DNA from: Cyanophora paradoxa CCMP329
Taxonomy: Eukaryota > Plantae > Glaucophyta
Reading direction: 5' to 3'
Length of the DNA: 64,000 nucleotides
NCBI GenBank assembly: GCA_004431415.1
Contig: QPMI01000208.1
Location: 80,400-144,399 of the forward strand
Shown piece by piece: positions 21,210-32,600 of the stretch (its first letter is position 1; each line of letters starts with the position of its first letter). Both the position numbers and the translations under genes were made by a program. The notes under the pieces were generated by a model, which had not been told where the DNA came from, made no database searches, and saw only the letters and a list, made by a program, of their open reading frames with translations.

Positions 21210-23915
21210 TCAAGCATCTTCCACCAAGACCACATCTTCGGAGTCGCCCGAGGCCATCTGCTCCAGATCCTCGGCGCCGACGTCAGGGACAGAGTTTGAG
21301 TCTTGATTTGGTTGAGAAGAACTTGCTGATCCATCCACGGGGTCCTCGGAGTTCACTTTACGCGGCCGGCCCAAGCGGGGACGAGCTTGCGACTCAGAGA
21401 GGCGCGGCCGGAAAGGAAGCATGCAGTCGATGTGGGCGACCGTCTCGCGGAGAGGTCGAACCCGCGTGTCGCTCATGGTCGAATAGGGTTTAGCCGATCC
21501 CTTCACGGTGTAGGTGTAACCGCCCGGGTTAACGCCAGTAACCGTGTAAGGTCCGACCCATGAATTGTACAACCCCTTGTCATGGTCGCCCATCCAGCAC
21601 AACACCTTGTCGCCGACCTGGAAGCGACGGCGATGCGGAGGATCACCCGTGCGAGCTACCATGCGATTCCGATAGAACCGCCGGTATTCGCGCGAGGCGG
21701 CATCGACGCTGGCCGCTGCCCTTGTCATGGCGAGGAGGTAGTCGGCTGGGTGCGTATGGTCGGGATTCGCGAAGCGGACACCTGCACCGAAGCGCACTTC
21801 ACAAGGAAGGTGCACGTCAACGCCACGGTGTAAGACCATCGGTGAGAAACCGGTGGCGGAGTGCACGGTGGTCCGCAAAGCGAGGACGATGTCCGCGTTG
21901 TACAAGGGCCAATCAGAAAGAGGCCGCTTGTGCTCGCGGCACATCGCGTAGGCGAGAGTTTTGTAAACACCGCCGAGGCGCTCGGCGCCGCCGTTGGTGG
22001 CGTGGTGATAAGCGGCAGCGTGCACAAAGCGCGTGCCCTTTTCTTTGAAGAACTCGTTCCACAGGCCCCCAACCAACTGAGAGCCGCGGTCCGTGAGAAT
22101 GCGCGCAGGCACGCCCTCATGCATATAGAAATCGATCGCGGTGGCGAGCAAGGCCTCGCCCGAGACGCGGGCCAGTGGATAGATGTAGCAGAACTTGGTA
22201 TACGCGTCGACGTACGCGATGATGTACCGCAATCCGTCTTCGTGCATATCCAAGTGGAAGATATCCACCTGCCACAGATCGCCTCGGCCCGAAGGCTGTA
22301 TCACTTGAATAGCGGTACGGCGGGGCTTTACTGCCTTCGCGAACTGGCAGTGGGGGCACGATCGCACGAAGCGAGCGATCGAGGCGTACATGCCTGGCCA
22401 CCAGAATCGTTGGGAAATCCGACGCGCGATCACGGGGGCGCCACGGTGGGCCCAGCCCTCATGATAGGCGTACAGAACTCGATCGATCCAGGCGTCCGGC
22501 AGCACTGGTAAGAATCGGCCGGCAGGCACCAGCGGGTTACGTTCGATGACGCCATCTTCGGCGAGGCTGAAGTCGGCGGCCAATCGCACGAAACGCTCCT
22601 GGGCCCGCAAGCAATGTGCGCAGGAAGGGGGGCAAGGGTCCGCCCCTCGCTTGTCGCCACGCGAGCACCGAGTCGGGTTCTCACCCTTCTCAAAGTAACC
22701 CAAGAGCTTCTTGCAGAAAGAGTCTTCCCTTTGGGCGGCAAGCAGGCGCTCCCGTCTCTCGAGCGGGAACATGCGACGCAGCGAGCCGGGGAGGGCGCCA
22801 TCGATCGCCGGCGAAGGCCCACAGGCCCAGGCGTCAAGGACCGTGTCCACGAAGACCGGCTTGCACGGCGGGCGTACTTCGCGACCTCTGGGGTCAAGCT
22901 CGATCCACCGTCGCGGAGCGAGAGTCTCTGCGGCGACTACCTCGGGGCCCGGAGCCTGAGGAGCTGGCGACGGCTCGCCCCCACGGCGGCGCAGCGGCTT
23001 CGGAGGATCGGGCATGGTAGGCTGCACTCGCATCTGGTTCCGCGCCGTCTCAGGGGAGAGCGAGCGGCGGCGAGAGGGCCCCGGGGGCGGCTCGCCCTCG
23101 ACGGACTCGGGCTCCCAATCCAAGTGGATTGGCACCGGCGCCTCGCTTTGATCAGCTGGGGCACGCCAGTGGCGGGTATTGTGCTCGTTTCGCGGCTGAC
23201 GTCTCATGGCTGGACCGCGGGGAAGGACACCGGAGGGGTGCGCGGGACGAGGCTCGGCGAAGCCCCGGCGGTCCCATCGGCGCGGGCCTGTCTCGGCGCG
23301 CGGCGGCAGTTTGCCCAGGAGGGTCAACGGGAATCCGTCGGCGTCGCACTCAGCGTCCAGTTCAGCCTCAGGCGAGACTTCCGACTCTGAATCAGCCGCC
23401 GCGGCCTCGGCGTGTGCACTCTTGAGCAATGCCGGCGGCGCGCCGTCCTCATTGTCGGTGGGGGCGTCCGGCATGTCCACGTCGGAATCCGAGCCGGCCC
23501 CAGGGCCAGTAGTGGGGCGACGGTCTCGCTTCGCAGGCGGCGGGGACGGCGACTCGGGTGCACGAGGCGCGAAGCGCTCGGGTACGGCCCTCGCCCTCTT
23601 CCTTGACTCGTCGTCGCTGGCGGTAGCGGACGCCTTGGCCTCGGCATAGCCCGCAGAGGCGGCGAGCTTAGCAAGCTCGCGGGGCACTCGGCGGCGGCCG
23701 GCCGGCGCGGGTGCAGGCTCGGGGGGCCGCGACTCCTCCTCTGCATTAGAGGAGCGGCCCACTGGTTTCGCAGGTACGGCTGCTGGGCTCGACTCGTCGA
23801 CGGGCGGGCGGCCACGCCGGCGGCCCGAACGATCGAGGCCCGCAGGCACCGCGCCCTGGAAGCCGGCGGAGTCGGCGAGCTTCCGCAGGGCTCGCTCTGT
23901 CGGGCCCAACTGCAC
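21210..23915 (-). CDS. Pol C-terminal part: long disordered linker plus integrase
   Basis: HHCC motif (YHEGWAHRG...WWPGM...CPHCQ), DDE core WQVDIF / ILTDRGSQL / NGGAERL, GPY/F motif WVGPYTV. No chromodomain seen. Confidence 0.9.
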   Translation of the reverse strand: MQLGPTERALRKLADSAGFQGAVPAGLDRSGRRRGRPPVDESSPAAVPAKPVGRSSNAEEESRPPEPAPAPAGRRRVPRELAKLAASAGYAEAKASATASDDESRKRARAVPERFAPRAPESPSPPPAKRDRRPTTGPGAGSDSDVDMPDAPTDNEDGAPPALLKSAHAEAAAADSESEVSPEAELDAECDADGFPLTLLGKLPPRAETGPRRWDRRGFAEPRPAHPSGVLPRGPAMRRQPRNEHNTRHWRAPADQSEAPVPIHLDWEPESVEGEPPPGPSRRRSLSPETARNQMRVQPTMPDPPKPLRRRGGEPSPAPQAPGPEVVAAETLAPRRWIELDPRGREVRPPCKPVFVDTVLDAWACGPSPAIDGALPGSLRRMFPLERRERLLAAQREDSFCKKLLGYFEKGENPTRCSRGDKRGADPCPPSCAHCLRAQERFVRLAADFSLAEDGVIERNPLVPAGRFLPVLPDAWIDRVLYAYHEGWAHRGAPVIARRISQRFWWPGMYASIARFVRSCPHCQFAKAVKPRRTAIQVIQPSGRGDLWQVDIFHLDMHEDGLRYIIAYVDAYTKFCYIYPLARVSGEALLATAIDFYMHEGVPARILTDRGSQLVGGLWNEFFKEKGTRFVHAAAYHHATNGGAERLGGVYKTLAYAMCREHKRPLSDWPLYNADIVLALRTTVHSATGFSPMVLHRGVDVHLPCEVRFGAGVRFANPDHTHPADYLLAMTRAAASVDAASREYRRFYRNRMVARTGDPPHRRRFQVGDKVLCWMGDHDKGLYNSWVGPYTVTGVNPGGYTYTVKGSAKPYSTMSDTRVRPLRETVAHIDCMLPFRPRLSESQARPRLGRPRKVNSEDPVDGSASSSQPNQDSNSVPDVGAEDLEQMASGDSEDVVLVEDA

Positions 23916-23949
23916 GCGGAAGATGCCGAGGGGAACGTCGGGGTCCTCG

Positions 23950-25150
23950 GGCTCGGCGCCCTCGGCATGCTGGGAACGCCAAAGCCCTCGGCTCCCTTGT
24001 AGGCCGCGGGCGTCGAGGAAGAGCCATCGGCGCCGCCGGGCTGCCAGACGGGGTGGTCCTTAGGGAGGCGCGAACACGCGTCAGGGCCGCCGTTCTGTTT
24101 GCCCGGGCGATAGACAATATCAAAATCGTAAGCCTGCAGGAGCAGGGACCAGCGGCCTAGCCGACCCGTCGTCGGATCGAGGCTTTTCAACCACTGGAGG
24201 GCGTGGTGGTCGGTTCGGACCAGGAACTGGGGCCCGCCTAGCAGATAGTGGCGCCAATACTTGATGGCCCACACGACGGCGAGACACTCGAGTTCCGTAG
24301 CCGAGTAGTTCATCTCAGCCGGCAGCAAAGTGCGGCTGATAAAGGCAAGGGGCGCTCGACGCCGTCCTTGTCCGTCTGGCTCAGAATCGCGCCGATTGCG
24401 TATGTACTGGCGTCCGTCTGGAGTATGAAGGGCTTCGAGAAATCCGGGAACCGCAATATGATATCGCGACCCAGCAGTTCTTTCAGCTCCTTAAAGGCAC
24501 GGTCGGCGGCACCGCCCTCAGGCCAACTCCAGACGGCGTCCTTCAATAGAAGGCGCTGCATAGCGTAAACCACTTTGGAGAAGTTCTCAACAAAGCGGCG
24601 GTAGTAACCGGCGAGGCCCAGGAACGAGCGGAGCTCGTCCGCGTTCTTAGGCGTCTGCCAGTCCGAGATCACCTTGGTCTTCGCGGGGTCCTGCCGGATC
24701 CCCTCGGCGGAGATGCGGTGGCCTAGAAGGTCGATTTCTGGCACGCAGAAGCGGCACTTCGACGGCTTCAGGCGCAAGTTCGCCTTGGAGATCGCTTCGA
24801 AAAGCGCCTTCAAGTCCAAGAGGTGCTGATCGATCGACGGCGAGAACACCGTGATGTCATCGATGTAGGCCACGACACAGGTCGTCAGGAGAGGGCCCAA
24901 GATCGCGGTGATCGCACGAGAGAAGGCCGCAGGGCCATTGGTCACCCCGAACGGGGTCACGCGCCACTGGAAGTGACCCCAGGGGACGACGAATGCAGTG
25001 TACGCGCGCGAGCCGGGGTGGAGAGGGAGCTGCCAGAAGCCGGCGGTAGCATCCGCCGTCGAGAAGACCATCGAGCCGCGCAGGCGCTCGAGCTGGTCGT
25101 CGATGCGGGGCAGCGGGAATACGTCGCGCTCCGTGATCTGATTAAGCCTT
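23950..25150 (-). pseudogene. Reverse transcriptase and RNase H; N-terminally deleted and frameshifted
   Basis: RRLNQITERDVFPLPRIDD, GFWQL, PFGVTNGPAAF, YIDDI, LRSFLGLAGYYRRF, QTDAS, NYSATELECLAVVWA, RTDHHAL, RWSLLLQ. The part upstream of RRLN (xRxCxDY) is missing. Frameshifts near 24340 and 23950. Confidence 0.85.
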
Positions 25151-26731
25151 CTCGTCTCCGAGCCTTGCGGACTGTCATCACGTCATGTAACGAGCGGACG
25201 GCGCGTAGGATGTCGGCTTCCCCAGCCTCTGTGAGCTTGGGGAAGGTCCCGCGCAGCGTTGCGCCTGCGGGCACGGCCACGGCTTCGACCGCGTCGGCAA
25301 ATTCGGTTGCCGGCGGGCCCGAGATCGGTACTGTTGTCGGAGATGCGCTTCTCTGGGACGCGCCGTCGAGGTCAGAGGCGTCGTCGAAACTAATAAGGCT
25401 CATAGCGTCCGTCTCTTGCCACGGCCGGTCATAGACATCGAACGGCATTGCGCCGAATGCGACAACGAGATCATCGGCGTCGTAGAGCGGCGCGCGGGTC
25501 GGGCCCGGAGGGCCAAGCACAGGTAGAGCAGCGGTGGCTGCCCGTGCTTCTTCAGCTGCAGTTACTACGGCGCGCAGCGAGGTGATGATCTTTTCGACAT
25601 CTTTGGCAGGCTCGTAAGCCGCCCCAAGCATGCGCGCTTTTCTATTGAAGTGGCGAAGTCCCGTGCGGCGTTTAGCCGGCACAATTCGCATGCGGCGAAT
25701 TAAAAGATCAGTCAGATCTTTGGGACTGGTGGGAATTTGCTCAGGCTCATACAAGAAATCACCAGGGGGCAAAGCCACTGCCTCGGCGACTGCTACTACT
25801 GAACCTAAGGGGAGGGTAACTGGCTGGCGTCTGGGGTTACACAGCCGCACGTGGAACATTTTGTTCCCCGGGTTGTTGTGCAGCTGGAAGGGGCAGAGTA
25901 CGCCCAAGGCTTGAGGCGACTCCGGCGAGGGCTCGACGTAGAGGTGCGGCAACTCACGCGTTGCCGGGCCCTGCCCATTGAGCGTACATGGGACGAGGGC
26001 CTCTCCGACGGGGAGCTTTACAGGTCCGAGCACGCGGACCAGGATCCCAAGCTGGTCCGGAGCCGAAAAGGGACGACAACCTCACGGTAGTGGCTGTCGC
26101 GGGCGCGGAGGCACCAGCCCGACAGCGTAGTATCGATCTGGCCGTGGATGGCCTGGATGGCATCCAGGCCGAGAAGAATGTCGGGCTCGGGGCCCATGAC
26201 GCCGCGCGGGACGACGAAAACACGACGGCAGAAACGGAGAGTCCCGAGGATGAAAACTACGTCGGCGCGACGGCAACGGATTTTGTCGCGGTCCATGAAG
26301 CCACGAACTACGGTGTGGCCCTCGACGTAATTGACTTCGTCGGGCGGCAGGCGATCGAGGACTTCCTGCGGGACGACGGTGCCTTGGGCGCCCGTGTCGA
26401 TGACGATGCGGACAGGCCGCTCGGCGCCCGACCGTCCGTTGGGGAGTCGCATCGCGATGCAGCCTGGGATTTGCAGTGTTTTTGGCCGGAAGAACTCGAG
26501 CGTTTTGTCGCGAGGCCAGCCGGTGCGGGCCTTGCGGACGTAGTACTCGGGTTCCGGCGGGGCGGGCGGTCCCGCAAGGTCGGGGCTGCCCGCTTCAGAG
26601 CTCGGCGAGGACGGGCGCGAGTTGCGAGCGGCTGCGCGGCGCGCGATCCGCTGCTGCTCCGCCTGCTCCTCCGCGGGGGACGGGCGCGAGCGTTTACGCC
26701 GGCTCGGGCCGTGACGGTTTGCATAAATCAA
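25150..26731 (-). CDS. Aspartic protease plus spacer (possibly dUTPase-like fold), frameshift near 26030
   Basis: IVIDTGAQGTVV and ILLGLDAI retropepsin motifs, followed by VRLCNPRRQPVTLPLGSVVA. Confidence 0.75.
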
Positions 26732-27045
26732 CTCGTCGGCGGGCGGGTCGTAGCCCGCGCGCGTGCCCAGCGGAGTGTCCTCTGCCGGCCGAGGGACGTT
26801 TCAAACTGAACGGAGTTTGCGTCACGCCCCGCCCATTGTTAACTTCTTCCGCCAATGAAATTAGCCCAGCGCAAACTTGAGCTCGAACTTGGCCTCGTAC
26901 ACAGTGGCGTACACACGCGGCCACAACGGTCACAGTAACGGTCAGCAGGCCGGCTTGCTAGTCAGCTTCCCTCGGCTAGGCCGGACTAGCTAGCTTCCCG
27001 CCATCGCGCACGCCCGAGCGCGAGCATTCCTGCACGCCGCCGTGC

Positions 27046-28673
27046 ATGAAGCAGTCAAAGCGAAAGGAACCCAGCCTCTGGGATGACGGCTTCGACGAGG
27101 CCCGACGTCGGCACCGCTGGCACGGCAAGCGACCCGACAGCAGCAGCTCGTGGGCCGGCAAGGGCAACATGAAGCGTGTCAACAAGATCACTCAGCAGGC
27201 GCGCAAGGCGAAGGAGCCCAAGCTCCCTGACCTCGACATCCTCAAGGGCGAGCACCCCGCGGCAACGGTCCGCTGCCTGGACACCAGCGGCCGCGCCTAC
27301 CACGTTCGCCTTGGCGACTTCGTCATCTGTTCAGTTAGCTCAGACACCCAGCTGTGTCCAGAACTCAGCGTCGTTCGCCCGAAGCCCTTCCATTTCCCGC
27401 GCCCAGGTGAAACGATTTTGGCGCGAGTCGAGGGCGAGTTCCCAACACAGACGAAGGCGAAGCGCGGCGACTTCAACTACTCCGTCAACGGCGTCATCCT
27501 TCGGCGCTTCGTGCGCCCGGAGGACTCCGATGTGAAGGACTGCGGGCTCGGCAGCGTGATCATCAAGGCAGACGGGGAGCAGGCAGCCGTGGCCATCGCA
27601 AACCACCTCATCTACTACTCGAACGTGACGGTCCGCCCGCCGCGCCCGCGCCCCGTTCCAGCGTCCGATGCCCGTGCGCGCAGGTTCACGCACCCGCGAA
27701 GGTGGTGGCCGCGGACGAGTACAAAGCCCTCAACCACGCCGATCCCCACATCTACGTCTGTAAGCAAATCATGACGTTCCCGGGCGACGGCTCCTTCCAG
27801 TTCGACGTCGCCCTCGCCTTCAACGCGAGGCTCAAGCGAGTGGCGAAGAAGAAGATGGCGTGCTTCCTCCGGCCGCTGTCGAGGCCGGAGGAGCGCGTGG
27901 AGGCGATTGGCTACCTTCAGGACGCCGCCGCGAACGCCCTCAAGCGCCGGAAGACCGGGACGCAGCTTGTCAACGTCAAGATCCCGGTGGCCGGGCCGGC
28001 AATGTTGGTCTGCGGCTCTTATGACTCGTTCGAAGTTCTTTTTCCTATCCTCTAACGGTGCGCATCGCAGGAGAACATCGTGGCGCAGGTCGCGCACGTC
28101 GCCACGCCCATCGACCCGAAGACGGGCCAGCCGATCCCGGTTGACAAGCTGCCGGCGGCGAATCGCTTCGTTATCGAGCTTCCGGACCGCGAGACCGCTG
28201 CTGGTGGAAGCCGCTTCCTTTTTCCCGCTCGCTGTTCTTTTTCCGACCTCTTTGCAGCTGTTCTCGGTCCCTCCGGCGTGGCGCAAGCGTCCAAGCGCGT
28301 CTGCAAGCGGGACGCGGACGGGAAGGCGATCCGGAAGCACAGCGAGCACAGCGATCCGGACGCGGACGGGAAGGCGATCCGGAAGGCGAGACGGGGACGG
28401 GAACGGCGCGCGCACACGCTGCTGAAGGTACTCGATCGCTTCAAGGAGCTTGGACGCCATGCGAACCGCATCGGAAACCCGCTTGCAGCCGGTGAGCCTC
28501 CGATAGAGTGCGGCGTCCTCCTCCTCGATGCGAAAGCGGTGCCGCCCGGGCTTGTCCCAGGGGGTGAATCGATCTTCCTCCTCGCCCGTCATCTCGACAT
28601 CGCACTTGCGCCGCTTGCACTGCTGCTTGGTGGACGTGGCGGGCTTCTTCGGGGCTGGCTTCTTCGCGGCTGA
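27046..28673 (+). CDS. Intron-containing BAH-domain-like protein, antisense within the retrotransposon (3' end uncertain)
   Basis: GT-AG introns 27631-27683 and 28008-28070 (CTAAC branch point) join three ORFs in frame. YHVRLGDFVIC...ILARVE...RRFVRPEDS...AKVVAADEY...YVCKQ follows the BAH pattern GDxV...ARI...(W)FxRPEE...VxxxxEY...FxC. Confidence 0.6.
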
Positions 28674-29381
28674 GCTGGCAGGCGACGGCGCGACAGAGGG
28701 ATCGTCCATATACCGCTCCATGGCAACGAAGGGATCCTCATATTGCTCGCTCGGTGCCGCCGCGGGCGAAGGCTGGGAGGTCGCCGCCGCTGCCCGCTTG
28801 CGACTCACGCGCTTAGGCATGTCCACGGGGGTCGCTGGCGAGGCCGCTGCCGCCGGCGGCTGCGTGCGTGGAGGCGTGGCCGGCTGATCATGCGAAGGCT
28901 GCGATTGCGAGGGCGCAGCTACTACCCGCTTGCGACGCGGGCGATCAGGCGTGTACACGGGGGTCGCTGATGAGGCAGCTGCGACAGGCGGCGTACACGG
29001 CTGTACAGGCGTACCCCCCCCCAAAGGCGTCCCTGGCGTCTCACAGCAGCCGCTGCCGGGGCTCTGCTCGAGCTCTGAGCGTACTGGCGAGACTTGTGGG
29101 GAGTCGCTCCCGCCCGCCGGCTCCGCCGCGGGAGGCGCCAGCGCGACCGCGGCCGTCGCATGCGCAGCTGGCGCTGCATGCGCAGGCTGAACGACTTGCT
29201 CGCTCAAAGCTGCGTCGCCAAAGTCGTCTGGATTCACGTCCTCGCCGAGGTCGTCCTGGCTGCCGCAGGTGCTGCCGCCAATCTGGCCGTGCCGCGGCCT
29301 GCCATCGCTGGCGCCGCCCAGCCACGCTCTAATGGAACCGAACGCTGAGCCGACCTTGGCAGACAGCACAGAGAGCGGCAT
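28400..29381 (-). CDS. Hypothetical nuclear protein: S/T-P-rich, basic NLS-like patches, C-terminal ribbon-helix-helix-like segment (3' end uncertain; ORF runs to 27615)
   Basis: ATG at 29381, PRRKR, RKR and KRRK clusters, RHRFRIEEEDAALYRRLTGCKRVSDAVRMASKLLE. Confidence 0.45.
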
Positions 29382-29690
29382 CTCGATCGCCGAACGCTAA
29401 GCTATAAGCGCTTTTGCTTTTCCCGCGCAAGTCCGTGGCTGGCCGCAATCTAGCTGCAGCTGGCCGTGGCTTGGAAGGGGGGGGAGATGGCTTGGGGGGG
29501 ATATAGAATTTGGTCTAGCCAGCTCGAACTCGAACTCAGCCGGCTGATAGCCGCCGTGACACGGCCGTGTTCAAAATTCAAATTCCATCCATTGTTAAAG
29601 CTCGCGAACTAGCGGGATGTCCAAAAGGTCGCGCCGTTTTCGGCCCGTCGAGGTCCGTCCGGGGCCGTCTGCGACATGCGAAACAGCTCC

Positions 29691-32600
29691 TTACGGGAGG
29701 GCAGCGGTGGGGCGGTTCTTGGCGCTCAGCGCGTGACCGACAGGGACCATCGCCTCCTCGTCCGAGCTGATGCCCTCGGGGTAGATGATGGCCTCAGCCT
29801 CAAGGGCCGTTTTCGGGGCGAAGGCCGCGGTCGGAGTCGACCCTGAGAACCACTCACGGGCGAGGCGTGGCGGGGCTTTGTAGCCCTGCTTGTGCAGCGT
29901 GAGCCCGTAGCGGTTCATGATCGACTGGTGCGCAGCGCGGAGCGCCGGCGACAGCTCGGACGGCTTGACCGTCAGCATGAGGGCCGGGTTCGCCAGCCAG
30001 TTGAAAACTGTGACCGTGGAGCGGGGCCCCAGCTGGTTGAGAAGGCGGCGCGCCCAGGCCGGAGCCTGCTCGCGCTGAGCTGCCGGGGCGGGTTGCTCCT
30101 GTGCCGGCGAGCTAGCGGGCGGGGGCGAGGGCGCCGGGTCCTGGCGCGGCGGGGGGACCGCTGGGGCGGCCCTCTCGACGAGCAGGACGGGCTCTCGGAC
30201 GCTGACGCAGGGCGCAGCACTGCGCTCTTCGACTGCGGTGGCGCCCAGGGCTGCGCCGCTCGGGGAAACGTGCAGGTGCGCGGGCAGGTCGCCGTGAACT
30301 CGCGCCGCGCGAATGGGCTCGGCAGTCTCAGCTGCTTTGCGCACCATCCGAACGACTCGCGATCCGGTCGCCTCTGCCTCGCGGGCATGGATTTCGCGAA
30401 GATCCCGTTGCCGCTCGCGTTCCAGCTGGGTGCGGAACTCACGAGTGACGTCGAGAGTGCGCCGGAGCGACTCGAGCTCGTTGCGAGGGCCCGTCGGAAG
30501 GGTCGACAGGAGGGACGTAACCGTGCCCTCGGGGAGAGTGATCTCCATGGAAATGTTTTGTTTCAGAGCCCGGCTCAGGAGCTCGAGCATTTGACAGCAT
30601 CTTCTGTGGGCCTCTTTCCAATTGTCCTGCGGCGCCGCATTGCCGCCCTTCATTCGGCGGTACACGTCGTGCGCGGTGGTCACCCGGCGGTCAACCGTGT
30701 ACACCCAGTTCCGAAGATTCTGGAGTCCGGTGTCTCGCAGGCCCGGGTCACGGCAAGCCGCGCACTCTTGTGCAAAGGCCAGAAGGCCGAGAGTGGCGAT
30801 GTTGGCCGCAGGGTCAAAAGAGGAAATCGACGCAGAAGGCCTGGCTTTCTTTTTCTCAGCGGTCTGCGACGTCGGCTGACCGGCCTGGGAGGAGGAGGCG
30901 CTACCCTCCGCAGCGGCAGCGTGCGGCCCCGTCGCACCCTGCTCAGACTGCCCCCCAGGCCCGCTCAGAAAGGGCTGCTTCCCCTTCTCGGCGGCCCGCA
31001 AGCGCTCAAGCTCGGCCCGTTCCGTGGCCGCTAGCGGCTCGGAAGAGCTCTGCGCCGCGGGCGTGGCGGGAGCCGAGCCCCAGCCCCACGCGGGCGCCAT
31101 CGCGTACGTGCCGGCCCCGTGGCCGCCGTAGGAAGAGCGCGCTGTGGCCTGGTCCAGCTGGCGCAGCAGCGAGGCACGCAACGTGTCTGTCGTGTACTGC
31201 GCGCGCTTCTTTGCGTCCAGCTGGTGCGTAGCCTCGGCGTACGTCTTTTCCCACAGCGCGGTGTAGGCCTCGCGGGCCGTCGGGTTCTGGTAAACGCGAG
31301 ACGCGTCGCGAACGTGCTCGTCGTACCCGGCCTCTTCGGCGCCCTTGGGCGGCGTCGGTGGGCGGCCCTTTCCCTTCCTGGGGCTGCGGAGACTGTCCCG
31401 GCGGCGGTCGCGCGACCGGGAACGCGATCGTGAGCGCGTTCGGCTGCGCCGGTCCCGCGAGCTGCGGCGCGGGCTGCGGCTCGAACGGTCCCGGGAGGAG
31501 CTGCGCCGGGAGCGCGAGGGGCTCCTGCGGTCGTGGCGGCTTCGCGAGCTGCTCCGGCGGCGCTCAGGGGAGCGGTGCCGGCTGCGACGGTCGTCGCGGT
31601 CGCGGGACCGGCTGCGCCGGGAGTACTTCGATTGGGCCCGGGAGGAGCGGGCCGGCGAGCGCGAGCGGCGCTTTGAGGGTGCCCGTGAGGACTCCCTGTC
31701 GCGTTCACGGGTTGCCGGCGGGGCCGTAGTCTGGCTCGTGCTACTGCGCGGCGAGCGTTGGCCTTCTGTGACCCGAGGCCGATCAGGCGTGCGCCGGGGC
31801 GGCGGCGGGGCCATCGGCGTCTGCTCGCGTGGGGGAGGGGACCGCGGCGGGTGCTGCGGAACAGGCGGTGTGGTCGGGGGAGGCTGCCCGGACTGCCACT
31901 GCCCGGACTGCCACTGCTGTCCTGGCGGTCCGGGGGGCCAGGGCTGGGGGCCGGGCTGCCAGGGCTGACCCTGGAACCCCTGGTTGGGGCCGCCACCCTG
32001 GTAACCTCCGGGACCCTGCCAGCCGCCACGGCCGCGCCAGCCGCCGCCACGCCAGCCGCCACCGCCGCGCCAGCCGCCACGGCCGCGCGAGTCGCCTCCG
32101 CCTCGGCCGCCACGGCCACCATGGCCACCGTGGGGCGCAGCGTGGGGCGGGGTCTGTCCGGCCTGCTGAGGGGCGCTCGAGCTCGAGGCCGCAGCCGGGG
32201 CGACGGCCTGTGCGGCCGCGGGGGCGGGGCCCTCGTTTTCGAGCGGCGTGACGCCCGTCTTTGCATCATCGACTAGTGCCGGCGGGGGAACGAAGTGTGT
32301 CCCCGCCCACGAGGTGCGCACGTCGGCGTCGTAGATCGGCTGGTACGGCGTGCGGACCAGGTGGGCCTCGTCAGGGCTTTGCGCCTTGCCGCGCAGCTTC
32401 ATGACCGGAGCGGCGTTCTTCTGCGTGGTGACGGCGTCCCACATGAGCGCTGGTGAGAGAGCGTCGTTCTCCCATTCCGGGGACTTCAGGGCCTCCCAGT
32501 CGATCTTCGAGTCGCCGACGTGCCCAATCACATGCACGTACTCGGCGTACAGAGTGCGCAGGATTCCCTCGAAGTTCTCTCTCACGCCGAAGGCTGTGCC

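Noticed and set aside
20580-21300. env-like gene or chromodomain after integrase
   Set aside because: Only short ORFs, with no transmembrane or aromatic-cage pattern recognised.
31380-31720. Captured host SR splicing-factor gene
   Set aside because: No RRM and no introns were seen; the RS tract is an integral part of the 2,289-aa ORF.
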